A DNA stretch of 62,161 nucleotides from Thermoplasmata archaeon. GTDB taxonomy: Archaea; Thermoplasmatota; E2; JACPAO01; JAHFTW01. The notes beneath the pieces were generated by a model, which saw nothing but the letters and a program-made list of their open reading frames with translations, was not told where the DNA came from and searched no databases. The position numbers and the translations under genes were made by a program. The DNA lies in contig JAXDQP010000052.1 of assembly GCA_034667745.1 (NCBI GenBank), positions 1 to 62,161 on the forward strand, read 5' to 3'. Below are positions 43,590 through 54,444 of this stretch, one piece after another (position 1 is the stretch's first letter; every line of letters starts with the position of its first letter).

Positions 43590-44275
43590 TGCCGCGCGTC
43601 GACCTCCCGGGCCACCACGTCGCGCCGAAGCGCAGGGAGCCCACGCTAACGCCGCCCTCTGCGCCCGCGGCCCAAGCCCCCCGGCCCGCCGGCACCCTCA
43701 CCTTCGTCACCGGCAACGCGGGCAAGGCCGCCGAGATGGCCGCGCTGCTCGCCCCGCTGGGGCTTCAGGTCGTGGCCGACGGGCGGGGCTACCCTGAAAT
43801 CCAGGCCGGCACGCTGGCCGAGGTCACGGAGGCGGGCGCCAAGCACCTGCTGGCCACCGGCCTCAAGCCGCCGTTCATCCTGGAGGATTCCGGCCTCTTC
43901 GTCGCGGCCCTGCGTGGCTTCCCCGGCGTCTACAGCCGCCACACGCTCGACACCATCGGCGTGGCGGGGCTGCTCAAGCTGCTGCGCGACGTCGAGCTGG
44001 AGACCCGCAGCGCCGCGTTCCAGGCCGACCTCGCCTACGTGGACGCGGGCGGGGCCATCCACCACTTCGCGGGGCTGTGCCCGGGCCGCATCGCCGAGCG
44101 CGCCGCCGGCGGCAACGGCTTCGGCTTCGACCCCATCTTCGTGCCGGGCGCCCACGCGCGCACCTTCGCCGAGATGGCGCCCGTCGAGAAAAGCGCCCTC
44201 AGCCACCGCGGCCAGGCCGCCGCCCTGCTGCTGCGCCACCTCCAGGCCGCCCCGGGCGAAACAGCAAGCCCATAA
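43589..44275 (+). CDS. Non-canonical purine NTP pyrophosphatase (RdgB/HAM1)
   Basis: 'TFVTGNAGKAAEM', 'EDSGLFV' and 'GFGFDPIF'. The start overlaps the bud32 stop (TGATG). It has a ~35-aa N-terminal extension. Confidence 0.8.
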   Translation: MPRVDLPGHHVAPKRREPTLTPPSAPAAQAPRPAGTLTFVTGNAGKAAEMAALLAPLGLQVVADGRGYPEIQAGTLAEVTEAGAKHLLATGLKPPFILEDSGLFVAALRGFPGVYSRHTLDTIGVAGLLKLLRDVELETRSAAFQADLAYVDAGGAIHHFAGLCPGRIAERAAGGNGFGFDPIFVPGAHARTFAEMAPVEKSALSHRGQAAALLLRHLQAAPGETASP

Positions 44276-44301
44276 ACGGGCGCCTCCTTGGAAGCCTCCA
44301 T

Positions 44302-45381
44302 ATGGCCCTGCAGGACCCCACCTTCATCGCTGTCCTCGTCGCGCTCGGCGTGGTCGTCCTGCTGCTCCTGCTCCTCGTCGTCGCGCAGGGCGGGCGCCGC
44401 CGCCGCGCCGCGCAGCTCGAGGGCCACGCGCAGCCGCTGCACCAGGGCCAGTCCCTGCCCAGCCCCGCGCCCGAGGGCCTGCTGGAGTTCAACGCCCAGC
44501 CCGTCGTCACGCAGGCCGTCGTGGCCCGCCCGCCGCAGCGCTTCGGCCCCGACGTGGTCGTCTACGACATCCCCTCCCTGCCCGCGAGCTACCGCGCCTG
44601 GGAGCCGACGCCCCACCGCGGCACCGTCGCCTACACCTACCCCCGCCCGGTCGAGAAGGCGGTCTACACCAACGACTACATCCGCGTCGACGCCGCCGGC
44701 ACGACCCTGAAGATGCGCACCCTCCTGGCCGGCCCCGACGGCGCCGGGCAGGCCCCGCTGCAGGGCCAGCAGGCGACCCCGGCGCGCCCCACCCTGACGC
44801 AGGACGACGTGCCGGAGCCCTACCGCTCCAAGCTCTTCCCGCCCGCCCGCAAGGCCAAGGCGGCGCCCTCCAGCGACGGCCGCGCCTTCGTGGAGCGCCT
44901 CCAGGAGCGCATCGCGCAACCCGCCGCGCCCGTGGCGGCCCCGGAGCGCGCCTACTACGACTACCCCGGCGACGTCCACCCCGTCGAGGACGTCGAGGGC
45001 ATCGGCGCCATCTACGGCGACCGCCTGCGCGCCGCCGGCGTCCACACCACCGCGCGCCTCTGCTTCGAGGACGCGCAGCAGCTCGCCGACAAGGTGGGCG
45101 TCCCGCTCAAGACCGTGCAGCAGTGGCAGGCGATGGGCGAGCTGGTCAAGGTCAAGGGCATCGGCCCGCAGTACGCCGAGGCGCTCGCCCGCGCCGGCAT
45201 CGACGGCATCGCCGCCCTCAAGCGCCGCGCCGCCTCCACCGTGGCCGACCAGGTGAACGCCTACCTCGACTCCCTGGAGACGACGGTGGTCGGCACCAAG
45301 ATCACCGAGGCCCGCGTCGAGGGCTGGAAGAAGGCCGCCGAGGGCATGAAGCGCGTCCGCCTCAAGGAACCCGCGCAGTAA
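44302..45381 (+). CDS. Membrane-anchored protein with tandem DUF4332-like helix-hairpin-helix modules
   Basis: N-terminal TM 'FIAVLVALGVVVLLLLLLVV'. C-terminal 'VEGIGAIYGDRLRAAGV...QQWQAMGELVKVKGIGPQYAEALARAGI'. Confidence 0.65.
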   Translation: MALQDPTFIAVLVALGVVVLLLLLLVVAQGGRRRRAAQLEGHAQPLHQGQSLPSPAPEGLLEFNAQPVVTQAVVARPPQRFGPDVVVYDIPSLPASYRAWEPTPHRGTVAYTYPRPVEKAVYTNDYIRVDAAGTTLKMRTLLAGPDGAGQAPLQGQQATPARPTLTQDDVPEPYRSKLFPPARKAKAAPSSDGRAFVERLQERIAQPAAPVAAPERAYYDYPGDVHPVEDVEGIGAIYGDRLRAAGVHTTARLCFEDAQQLADKVGVPLKTVQQWQAMGELVKVKGIGPQYAEALARAGIDGIAALKRRAASTVADQVNAYLDSLETTVVGTKITEARVEGWKKAAEGMKRVRLKEPAQ

Positions 45382-45390
45382 GCTACCACG

Positions 45391-45455
45391 AAACGCGGAT
45401 GGCGCTGATTTGCCGGATGAGCAAAAAATCCGCGGCATCCGCGCAATCCGCGGTT
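45391..45455. repeat. Palindromic 9-nt-phased element (CGCGGA flavour)
   Basis: Left arm AAACGCGGATGGCGCTGATTTGCCGGAT. Loop GAGCAAAAA. Right arm ATCCGCGGCATCCGCGCAATCCGCGGTT. I count 21/28 arm complementarity by hand. Confidence 0.8.
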
Positions 45456-45466
45456 GGTCCGGCAAT

Positions 45467-45488
45467 ACAACTCCCAGCAAGTTGTTTT
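45467..45488 (+). terminator. Hairpin plus T4 (intrinsic-like terminator)
   Basis: ACAACT-cccagca-AGTTGT followed by TTTT. Lies between the repeat element and the promoter box of the PAS-MenA gene. Confidence 0.5.
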
Positions 45489-45535
45489 CGTCGGACGCCC
45501 TTATCTCCGAGGACGCGTCCAGAAGGAGTGAGAGC

Positions 45536-46879
45536 ATGCCCCAGGCCACCTCCCTCCCGAAGGCAACCAAGGCCAAGGCCGCCGCCCCCGCGCCCAAGGC
45601 GCCCGTCAGCGTCATCACCTGCGACATGGAGGGCCGCATCGAGACCTTCAACGACGGCGCGCAGCAAATCTTCGGCTACGCCGCCGGCGAGGTCGTCGGC
45701 CACAAGCGCGTCAGCCTGTTCAGCCCCGGCGAGGTCGTGCTGGGCCACGTGCCGCGCTGGCTCAAGGAGGCGCGCACCAAGGGCGAGTTCGAGACCGACA
45801 CCGTCTTCGTGCGGAAGGACGGCACCCGCTTCGCCGCCCACGTCCGCATCACGCCGACCTTCCACGGCGGCAAGTCCTCCGGCGAGCAGATTGGCTACTG
45901 CGGCCAGACCCGCGTCCTCGAGGGCGTCGACCCGGCCACCATCATGCCGAAGACCACCGTCGGCACCCGCGTCTTCAAGGGCGTCGTCATCGGCCGCCTG
46001 CCGTTCCTGACGGCGACCATCGTCCCCATCCTCGTGGCCGCCGCGTTCGTGGCGCAGCAGAAGCTGGTGACGCCGTTCCCCTGGCTCCACTTCGCCCTCG
46101 TCCTCGCGGGCGGCATCGCGCTGCACCTCGCGGCGAACATCTTCAACGACTACTTCGACTGGAGGGCCGGCACCGACCAGGCGAACAACGACTACTTCCT
46201 GCCGTTCACCGGCGGCTCGCGCGCCATCGAGCTCGGCATCATCTCCGAGCGCGGCACCTTCATCGCCGGCACCGTCAGCCTCGCGGTGGCCCTCGCCATC
46301 GGCGTCGCCCTCACCTTCATGGGCCGCCCGCTGGTGCTCGCGTTCGGCGCCGCCGGCGCGTTCATGGGCTTCTTCTACACCGCGCCGCCCATCCGCCTCG
46401 CCGCCCGCCGCGGCCTGGGCGAGCTGTCGTCGTTCCTCAACTTCGGCCCCCTCATGACCGCGGGCGCGGTCTACGGCATCAGCAAGCACGCCGGCTGGGA
46501 CGGCTTCCTGCTTGGCATCCCCATCGGCCTGCTGACGCTCGCCATCCTGTGGATCAACGAGTTCCCCGACGCGCCCAGCGACAAGGCGACCGGCAAGACC
46601 CACCTCGTCGCCACGCTGGGCACGAAGAAGGCGCGCTGGGGCTACGTCGCCATCGTCGCCGCCGCCTTCGCCGCCGCCATCGTCGAGGCGACCACCACGA
46701 GCATCCTGCCCAAGGGCGCGCTCATCGTCCTGCTCGCGCTGCCGCTGGCCGCCTACGCCGCCACCATCGCGGTGCGGCACTACGCGGACCGCGCCCTCGT
46801 CAAGGGCTGCGCCACCACCATCGCCACGCATTTCGTCGCCGGCTGCCTGCTGGCGGCGGGCCTCGCCTGGCTCGGCTGA
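45536..46879 (+). CDS. PAS domain fused to a MenA/UbiA-family prenyltransferase
   Basis: PAS: 'ITCDMEGRIETFNDGAQQIFGYAAGEVVGHK...VFVRKDGTRFAAHVRITP'. UbiA motifs 'NIFNDYFDWRAGTD' and 'EFPDAPSDKATGKTHL', plus about 8 TM helices. 'AAGGAG' lies 8 nt before the ATG. Confidence 0.8.
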   Translation: MPQATSLPKATKAKAAAPAPKAPVSVITCDMEGRIETFNDGAQQIFGYAAGEVVGHKRVSLFSPGEVVLGHVPRWLKEARTKGEFETDTVFVRKDGTRFAAHVRITPTFHGGKSSGEQIGYCGQTRVLEGVDPATIMPKTTVGTRVFKGVVIGRLPFLTATIVPILVAAAFVAQQKLVTPFPWLHFALVLAGGIALHLAANIFNDYFDWRAGTDQANNDYFLPFTGGSRAIELGIISERGTFIAGTVSLAVALAIGVALTFMGRPLVLAFGAAGAFMGFFYTAPPIRLAARRGLGELSSFLNFGPLMTAGAVYGISKHAGWDGFLLGIPIGLLTLAILWINEFPDAPSDKATGKTHLVATLGTKKARWGYVAIVAAAFAAAIVEATTTSILPKGALIVLLALPLAAYAATIAVRHYADRALVKGCATTIATHFVAGCLLAAGLAWLG

Positions 46880-46902
46880 GCCGCGCCTGCGCCACGCGGC
46901 AG

Positions 46903-46938
46903 TCCTTTTCCCTCTCCCTCCAAGCCTCTTTTCTCGCC
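46903..46938 (+). terminator. C/T-rich tract after a stop codon
   Basis: 'tccttttccctctccctccaagcctcttttctcgcc', after the TGA at 46877-46879. Confidence 0.5.
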
Positions 46939-46954
46939 CGTGCGATGCCAGCCC

Positions 46955-47368
46955 ATGCAGCAGCGCCTGAGCGCCGTCACCCTCGCCGTCGCGGACCTCG
47001 CCCGCTCCCGCCGCTTCTACGAAACCCTCGGCTGGACGCCAGGCTTCGCGGGCGGCGACGTCGCGTTCTACCAGGCCAACGGCCTCGTCCTCGCGCTGTG
47101 GGACGCCAAGGCGTTCGCCGCCGAGACGGGCCTGCCCGCGCGCAGCGGCGGCGTCTGCCTCGCCCACAACCTCGCCGACCGCGCCAGCGTGGACGCCCTG
47201 CTGGCGCAGGCCAAGGCCGCCGGGGCGCACCTCGTCCCCGCCGCCGCCCGCGAGTGGGGCGGCTACTCGGGCCACTTCCGCGACCCCGACGGCCACACCT
47301 GGGAAATCGCCTGGAACCCCGCCTGGCCCCTCGACGCCAACGGCAACGTCCACCTCGCTTTGGCATAA
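46955..47368 (+). CDS. VOC (glyoxalase/bleomycin-resistance) family protein
   Basis: 'LSAVTLAVADLARSRRFYETLGW' and 'GHFRDPDGHTWEIAWNP'. Confidence 0.75.
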   Translation: MQQRLSAVTLAVADLARSRRFYETLGWTPGFAGGDVAFYQANGLVLALWDAKAFAAETGLPARSGGVCLAHNLADRASVDALLAQAKAAGAHLVPAAAREWGGYSGHFRDPDGHTWEIAWNPAWPLDANGNVHLALA

Positions 47369-47422
47369 GGGACCCGCGCGGACCGGTTTAAGGAGGGCCC
47401 CGCGTTCTGGACAGGCCAACCC

Positions 47423-49150
47423 ATGCCCATTCCCACGGCAAACCCGACCCGCATGCTGGTGTCGGGCCAGGAGGAGAAGGCCGCGAGCGCGGAGTCGAGC
47501 ATCGCCGGCCTGCGCGTCGTGGTCATCGCCTTCGGCATCGTGGTCTACTACGCCTACTTCCCGCACCTCGGCAACCCGGAGCTGGCGGCGGCCGTGGCGG
47601 TCGTGGCGCAGGCCTACTCGCTCTACGTCCTGCTGTTCCGGCCCTACCTGCGCTTCCCCATCCTCGCCACCAGCGTGTGGACGACGACGACGGAGGGCCT
47701 GCTCATCACGGCGTGGCTGCACGCCACCGGCGACGGCGCCTCCCCGTTCTTCGTGCTCTGGTTCGTCTCCCTCGTCGGCGTGAGCTTCCGCTTCGACTGG
47801 CGCACCACGCTCATCGCGACGGGGCTCTACCTCGCCTCCTCCATCGGCCTGATTCTCTTCACGGCCGGGCCCGCCGGCTTCGGCGGCCTCGTGGTGGCCC
47901 GGCTCGGCTACCTCCTGCTGGCCGGCGTGGCCGCCGCGCTGCTGGCCCGCGAGTCCTCGCGCGTCTTCGCCGAGCGCTTCCGCCTCGGCCAGCAGGTCGA
48001 GGAGGCCGAGCGCCACCGCGCCCTCGCCGAGGCGCGCGCCCAGGCCGACGCCGCGCTGCGCGAGAGCGAGGCGCGCTTCCGTTCCCTGGCCGAGGGCTCG
48101 CCGCTGGGCATCTTCCACACCGACGCGCAAGGCCGCCTCGACTACGCCAACGCCAAGTGGACGGAGATCTCGGGCGCCGACTTCCGCGACCCCGCCGCCA
48201 CCCGCGCCGCCATCCACCCCGACGACGTCGAGCGCCTCACCCGCCTGTGGCGCGCCGCCGTCCGCGACGGCACCGAGCTGACCGCCGAGTTCCGCTACCG
48301 CCGCCCCGACGGCACCGTCGTGGAGTGCTGGACCCGCGCCACGCCCATCTTCAGCGGCGGCACCCTCACCGGCTTCGTTGGCAGCCTGGAGGACACGACG
48401 CTGCGCCGCGCTGCCGAGGGCCGCGCCCGCGAGGTGCAGCGCCTCCAGGAGCAGGCGCGCTTCAAGACAGCCTTCATCAACACCGCCGCGCACGAGCTGG
48501 GCACCCCGCTCACGCCCATCATGCTGCAGATCCACCTGCTGGGGAAGGAGTCCGGCAAGCTGGAGCCGCACGTGCAGCGCCGCGTCGGCATCCTCGCGCG
48601 CAACCTGGAGCGCCTGCGCGACCTGGTGCGCGACATCCTCGACGGCGCCCGCATGCAGGCCAGCCGCCTCGCCCTCACCCTCGCCCCCACCCCGCTGCCG
48701 GAGCTCCTGGCGCCGTGCCTGCAAGAGATTGCCGACGTGGCGGAGGCGCGCGGCGTGGAGGCGCGCGGCGGGCCGTGGCCGGAGGTGCTGGTGACCGCGG
48801 ACGCCAGCCGCGTCCACCAGGTCGTGATGAACCTGCTCTGGAACGCCGTCAAGTTCACCGCCGACGGCGGCCGGGTCGAGCTGGACGCCCGCGTGGCGGA
48901 GGACCACGTCGAGGTGGAGGTGCGCGACACCGGCATCGGCATCCGCGCCACGGACCTGCCGCGCCTGTTCCAGCCCTTCGTGCAGGTGCACGACCCCGGC
49001 CAGGTGGCGGAGGCGGGCACGGGCCTGGGGCTCTACATCTGCCGCGGCCTCGTCGAGCAGCACGGCGGCAAGCTGTGGGCGGCGAGCGACGGCCCCGGCA
49101 AGGGCAGCGCGTTCACGTTCACATTGCCGCTTGCGGGGAAGGCACCGTAG
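47423..49150 (+). CDS. Membrane sensor histidine kinase with a PAS domain
   Basis: N-terminal TM block, a PAS domain, the H-box 'AAHELGTPLTPI', N-box 'NLLWNAVKF' and G-boxes 'DTGIGI' and 'GTGLGL'. Confidence 0.8.
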   Translation: MPIPTANPTRMLVSGQEEKAASAESSIAGLRVVVIAFGIVVYYAYFPHLGNPELAAAVAVVAQAYSLYVLLFRPYLRFPILATSVWTTTTEGLLITAWLHATGDGASPFFVLWFVSLVGVSFRFDWRTTLIATGLYLASSIGLILFTAGPAGFGGLVVARLGYLLLAGVAAALLARESSRVFAERFRLGQQVEEAERHRALAEARAQADAALRESEARFRSLAEGSPLGIFHTDAQGRLDYANAKWTEISGADFRDPAATRAAIHPDDVERLTRLWRAAVRDGTELTAEFRYRRPDGTVVECWTRATPIFSGGTLTGFVGSLEDTTLRRAAEGRAREVQRLQEQARFKTAFINTAAHELGTPLTPIMLQIHLLGKESGKLEPHVQRRVGILARNLERLRDLVRDILDGARMQASRLALTLAPTPLPELLAPCLQEIADVAEARGVEARGGPWPEVLVTADASRVHQVVMNLLWNAVKFTADGGRVELDARVAEDHVEVEVRDTGIGIRATDLPRLFQPFVQVHDPGQVAEAGTGLGLYICRGLVEQHGGKLWAASDGPGKGSAFTFTLPLAGKAP

Positions 49151-49267
49151 GCTGCTGCCTCTGAGACGGCAGCCATGTCCGGGCCCTGAAGATTGCTGCC
49201 CATACGCCAGGAGATTTGCGAGGGGCCTGGTTCCCGTCGCGACCGCCTGCGCGGCCAAGTGCACCCC

Positions 49268-51532
<2,265 letters not shown>

Positions 51533-51556
51533 GGCCCCCGGCCACGGCCGACAGGG

Positions 51557-51564
51557 GCTTAAGC
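51557..51564 (+). promoter_or_regulatory. TTAAG-type promoter box (GCTTAAGC)
   Basis: Lies 22 nt upstream of GTG 51586 (response regulator). Confidence 0.5.
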
Positions 51565-51585
51565 TGGCAAACGCCTGCTCCCCGT

Positions 51586-52065
51586 GTGAAACCGGTCCGC
51601 GTCCTCCTCGTGGAGGACAGCCCCGTGCACCAGCGCCTGCTCCTGGCGGCGTTCAAGGAGGCGCCGCAGGTGCGCGTGGAGGCGCACGCCGACGCCGAGA
51701 GCGCCTGGGCCGCCCTCAACGGCCTCATCGCGAGCCCGCTGGCCCAGTGGCCCGACTTCGCCCTCATCGACATCGGCCTCCCCGGCGCCTCCGGCATCGA
51801 GCTCGTGGACCGCATCCGGCAGTCCCGCCACTTCGAGGGGCTGCCCCTCCTCGTCCTCACCGCCTCCGAGGACCCCGAGGACCAGACCGAGTCGCTCCTG
51901 GCGCGCGCGGACGGCTTCTTCCGCAAGCCCGCCACCGCCTCCGGCTACGCCAGCCTCGTGAAGGGCATCCTGGGGTTCCTCGGGGACGGCACGGCCCCCA
52001 AGAAGGCGGCCAGGCGCGCCCGCACGGCCGTGTTCAAGGCTGGGCGGACGGACCAATCCTCCTGA
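51586..52065 (+). CDS. Single-domain response regulator (REC)
   Basis: 'VLLVEDSPV', 'FALIDIGLPGASG' and 'LLVLTAS'. GTG start 22 nt after 'GCTTAAGC'. Confidence 0.8.
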   Translation: MKPVRVLLVEDSPVHQRLLLAAFKEAPQVRVEAHADAESAWAALNGLIASPLAQWPDFALIDIGLPGASGIELVDRIRQSRHFEGLPLLVLTASEDPEDQTESLLARADGFFRKPATASGYASLVKGILGFLGDGTAPKKAARRARTAVFKAGRTDQSS

Positions 52066-52091
52066 CCCGCCCGGCCCGCCGCCGCTCACTC

Positions 52092-52099
52092 TAAATATC
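52092..52099 (+). promoter_or_regulatory. TATA-like box TAAATATC upstream of rps15
   Basis: Same octamer as at 40332. It lies 83 nt before the rps15 ATG, so this gene would have a 5' leader of roughly 55 nt. Confidence 0.45.
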
Positions 52100-52181
52100 C
52101 CCTTTGAGTCGCGAAGCTTGGACAGGCATCCTGGCGCTCGTCACAGACGCCACCGTTCCGGTCCAAGGTTCAAGGATTCCC

Positions 52182-52613
52182 ATGTCCCGCCACGCCAGCT
52201 CCAAGCCCGTCCGCGACGCCGCGCCCGCCTGGGTGCCCATGCTCCCCCGCGAGGCGGAGGCCAAGGTCGTCGAGCTCGCCAAGGAGGGCAAGCAGCCCGC
52301 CGTCATCGGCCTCATCCTGCGCGACTCCTACGGCATCCCCAGCGTCCACGAGCTGACGGGCAAGAAGATCGCCCAGATCATGAAGGACGCCGGCGTCAGC
52401 GGCAAGCTGCCGCAGGACCTGCAGAACCTCATCCAGCGCTCCATCCACCTGCAGGAGCACCTCGCCGCCAACAGCCGCGACCTGCACAACATGCGCGGCC
52501 TCGAACTGATGGAGGCCCGCATCCGCGGCCTCGCCAAGTACTACCAGGGCCGCGACGAGCTGCCCGGCGAGTGGAACTACACTCGCGGCGGCGCCCGCCT
52601 GCTGGTCGACTAA
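52182..52613 (+). CDS. rps15: 30S ribosomal protein S15 (uS15)
   Basis: 143 aa. 'GLILRDSYGIPSV' and 'LQNLIQRSIHLQEHL'. The region from 52104 to 52181 has non-coding codon usage. Confidence 0.9.
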   Translation: MSRHASSKPVRDAAPAWVPMLPREAEAKVVELAKEGKQPAVIGLILRDSYGIPSVHELTGKKIAQIMKDAGVSGKLPQDLQNLIQRSIHLQEHLAANSRDLHNMRGLELMEARIRGLAKYYQGRDELPGEWNYTRGGARLLVD

Positions 52614-52620
52614 CCTCGGC

Positions 52621-52663
52621 GCAGGCCCGGCCTGCATCCCTCTTCCTTCCCTCTTTCTTTTCG
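52621..52663 (+). terminator. GC hairpin plus C/T tract after rps15
   Basis: GCAGGC-ccg-GCCTGC hairpin followed by 'atccctcttccttccctctttcttttcgc'. Confidence 0.6.
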
Positions 52664-52825
52664 CTGGCTCCGTGTGGCCTAGGATTTCGGCGGTTTTCAC
52701 GACCCCGCGCCTTTGCCTGTGCGCTGCGTGGCAATCTCCTGAAGGTCGCCGCAATCCAGGCCTCCCTTGCGGACAAGGCCCCTCGCAAGCCTCATCCCGC
52801 CGCACCCCTCGGGAACCGCGTGGCG

Positions 52826-54175
52826 ATGCCCGAGTTCCAGCAGGCCGCCGCTCGTGCCGCGGCCGTGGTGCGCTCCCTCCCCAGGGGCGCCCACTGGCTG
52901 CTGGCGTGCGACAACGACGCGGACGGCCTGTGCGCCGCCGCCGTCATGGCGCAGGCCTTGCTGCGCTCGGGCCACCGCTTCACCATCCGGGCCAGCCGCG
53001 ACAAGACGGAGGCGAGCTACCGCGCCCTCTTCGAGGAGCCGTGGGATGGCCTGGTGCTGCTGGACAAGGGCAGCAGCCACCTGGGGGTGCTGGCCAGCCT
53101 CGCGCAGCCAGGGCGGCCGGTGCTGGTCGTCGACCACCACAACCTGCCCGCCGAGATGCCCGTCGGAGTCACGCTGTTGAACCCGCGCGCCGAGGGCTTG
53201 GACGGCTCGCGCGACGCCTCCGCCGCCACCACGGCCGCCGCGCTCGCGCTGGCATTGTGCGGCGAGCCGGCCCTCGCGTGGGGACCCATTGGCCTCGCGG
53301 GCGCGGTGGGCGACTGGCAGCACATGGGCGGCTGGCAAGGCTGGAACCTTGAGTTGCTGGAGCGTTGCCGCGCCGCCGGCCACCTTCGCGCGGTGCCGAT
53401 GCCGCCCCTCATGGGCCTCGGGCTGGCGGAGGCGCTCGCCAACGTGCAGCCTCCCGTCCCCGGCGCCGAGACGCCCACTGCGGCGCGCGCCCTGCTGGGC
53501 AGCGTCGGCGTCGACCCCGACCGCGAGGTGGACGAGCTGGACGAGGAGGGCCGCACCCGCCTGGTCTCCGCCATTGTCGCCGCCCACCTCGCCGCCGGCA
53601 GCGCGCCGCCACCGCCGGACCGCCTCGTCGTCCCCGTCGACGTCAGCGCCAAGCTGGGCAAGAGCCTGCGGCAGGTGTTCCGCGTCGTGGATGCCTGCGG
53701 GCGCGGCGGCGCGGCGGCGACGGCCCTCGCGTTCCTCATGGGCGACCCGGCGGCCGCGGCCGAGGCGCAGGCGATGTTCACCGCCTACCGTGCGGCGCTG
53801 CTGGAGGGCATCCACGCCCTGCGCGCCGGCGGCGCAACGGCGCGGGGCGGGATGCAGGTTGCGTGGACCCGGAACCCGGACCACACCGGCATGGTGGCCG
53901 GCATCGGCATCGCGCACGTCGTCGACGACCGCCTGCCGCTCGTGGTGCTGGCCCGCCGCCCCGACGGCCTCGTGCAGGTCTCGACGCGCGGCACGCACGC
54001 GCAGGTCGCTGCGGGATTGGACCTCGGTGCCGCGTGCCACGCCGCCGCGCGCGCCGTCGGCTCCGAGGGCGGCGGCCACCCGGTCGCGGCGGGCGCCGTC
54101 GTGCCGGAGGGGAAGGTGGAGGCGTTCCTGGCCGCGCTGGAGGCGGCGCTCGCGCGGCAGAAGGTGGCCGCATGA
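52826..54175 (+). CDS. DHH/DHHA1 phosphoesterase, archaeal RecJ-like
   Basis: 'CDNDADGLCAAAV', 'LVVDHHN' and 'GGGHPVAAG'. Sits downstream of rps15, a common archaeal neighbourhood as I recall. Confidence 0.75.
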   Translation: MPEFQQAAARAAAVVRSLPRGAHWLLACDNDADGLCAAAVMAQALLRSGHRFTIRASRDKTEASYRALFEEPWDGLVLLDKGSSHLGVLASLAQPGRPVLVVDHHNLPAEMPVGVTLLNPRAEGLDGSRDASAATTAAALALALCGEPALAWGPIGLAGAVGDWQHMGGWQGWNLELLERCRAAGHLRAVPMPPLMGLGLAEALANVQPPVPGAETPTAARALLGSVGVDPDREVDELDEEGRTRLVSAIVAAHLAAGSAPPPPDRLVVPVDVSAKLGKSLRQVFRVVDACGRGGAAATALAFLMGDPAAAAEAQAMFTAYRAALLEGIHALRAGGATARGGMQVAWTRNPDHTGMVAGIGIAHVVDDRLPLVVLARRPDGLVQVSTRGTHAQVAAGLDLGAACHAAARAVGSEGGGHPVAAGAVVPEGKVEAFLAALEAALARQKVAA

Positions 54176-54417
54176 GCGTGACTGGCGAGATGCGCATCGA
54201 CGCCGGCTCCGCCGCCGAGGCCAAGATTCTGGCGGCCGCGCTCCAGGCGGACGATGCCGGCATCGCGCCCTGCCGCGCCGAGGGGACGTTCGTCGTCGTG
54301 TCCCTGCGCTCCGCCACCGCGATGGGCGCGCTGCGGACGCTGGACGACGCCCTGGAGTGCCTGCGGGCCGCCCGCGCCCCGCCGCCCGGCACGTCGGCTC
54401 CAAAGGGCAGCCGTTAA
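54172..54417 (+). CDS. Pcc1-like KEOPS subunit (tentative)
   Basis: 81 aa. 'GEMRIDAGSAAEAKILAAALQADD...FVVVSLRSATAMGALRTLDDALECLRAA' fits the Pcc1/CTAG pattern. Its ATG overlaps the stop of the RecJ-like gene (ATGA). Confidence 0.45.
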   Translation: MSVTGEMRIDAGSAAEAKILAAALQADDAGIAPCRAEGTFVVVSLRSATAMGALRTLDDALECLRAARAPPPGTSAPKGSR

Positions 54418-54419
54418 GG
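54412..54419 (+). promoter_or_regulatory. TTAAG-type promoter box (CGTTAAGG)
   Basis: Lies 26 nt upstream of ATG 54445. It overlaps the stop codon of the Pcc1-like gene. Confidence 0.45.
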
Positions 54420-54444
54420 CCCCGCACCGGCGTCAAGGGGCGTC

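Noticed and set aside
45410-45535. ORF segments that translate the repeat elements into peptides such as 'IRGIRAIRG', 'EVRAIRAIRG', 'IRVIRAIRG' and 'GFRGFRG'. Examples are the track start at 45410 and the tail of 5544-6440.
   Set aside because: These are translations of the phased 9-nt non-coding repeats (9 nt equals 3 codons). The flanking codons have non-coding usage, and the real genes start downstream at sites with promoter or RBS signals.
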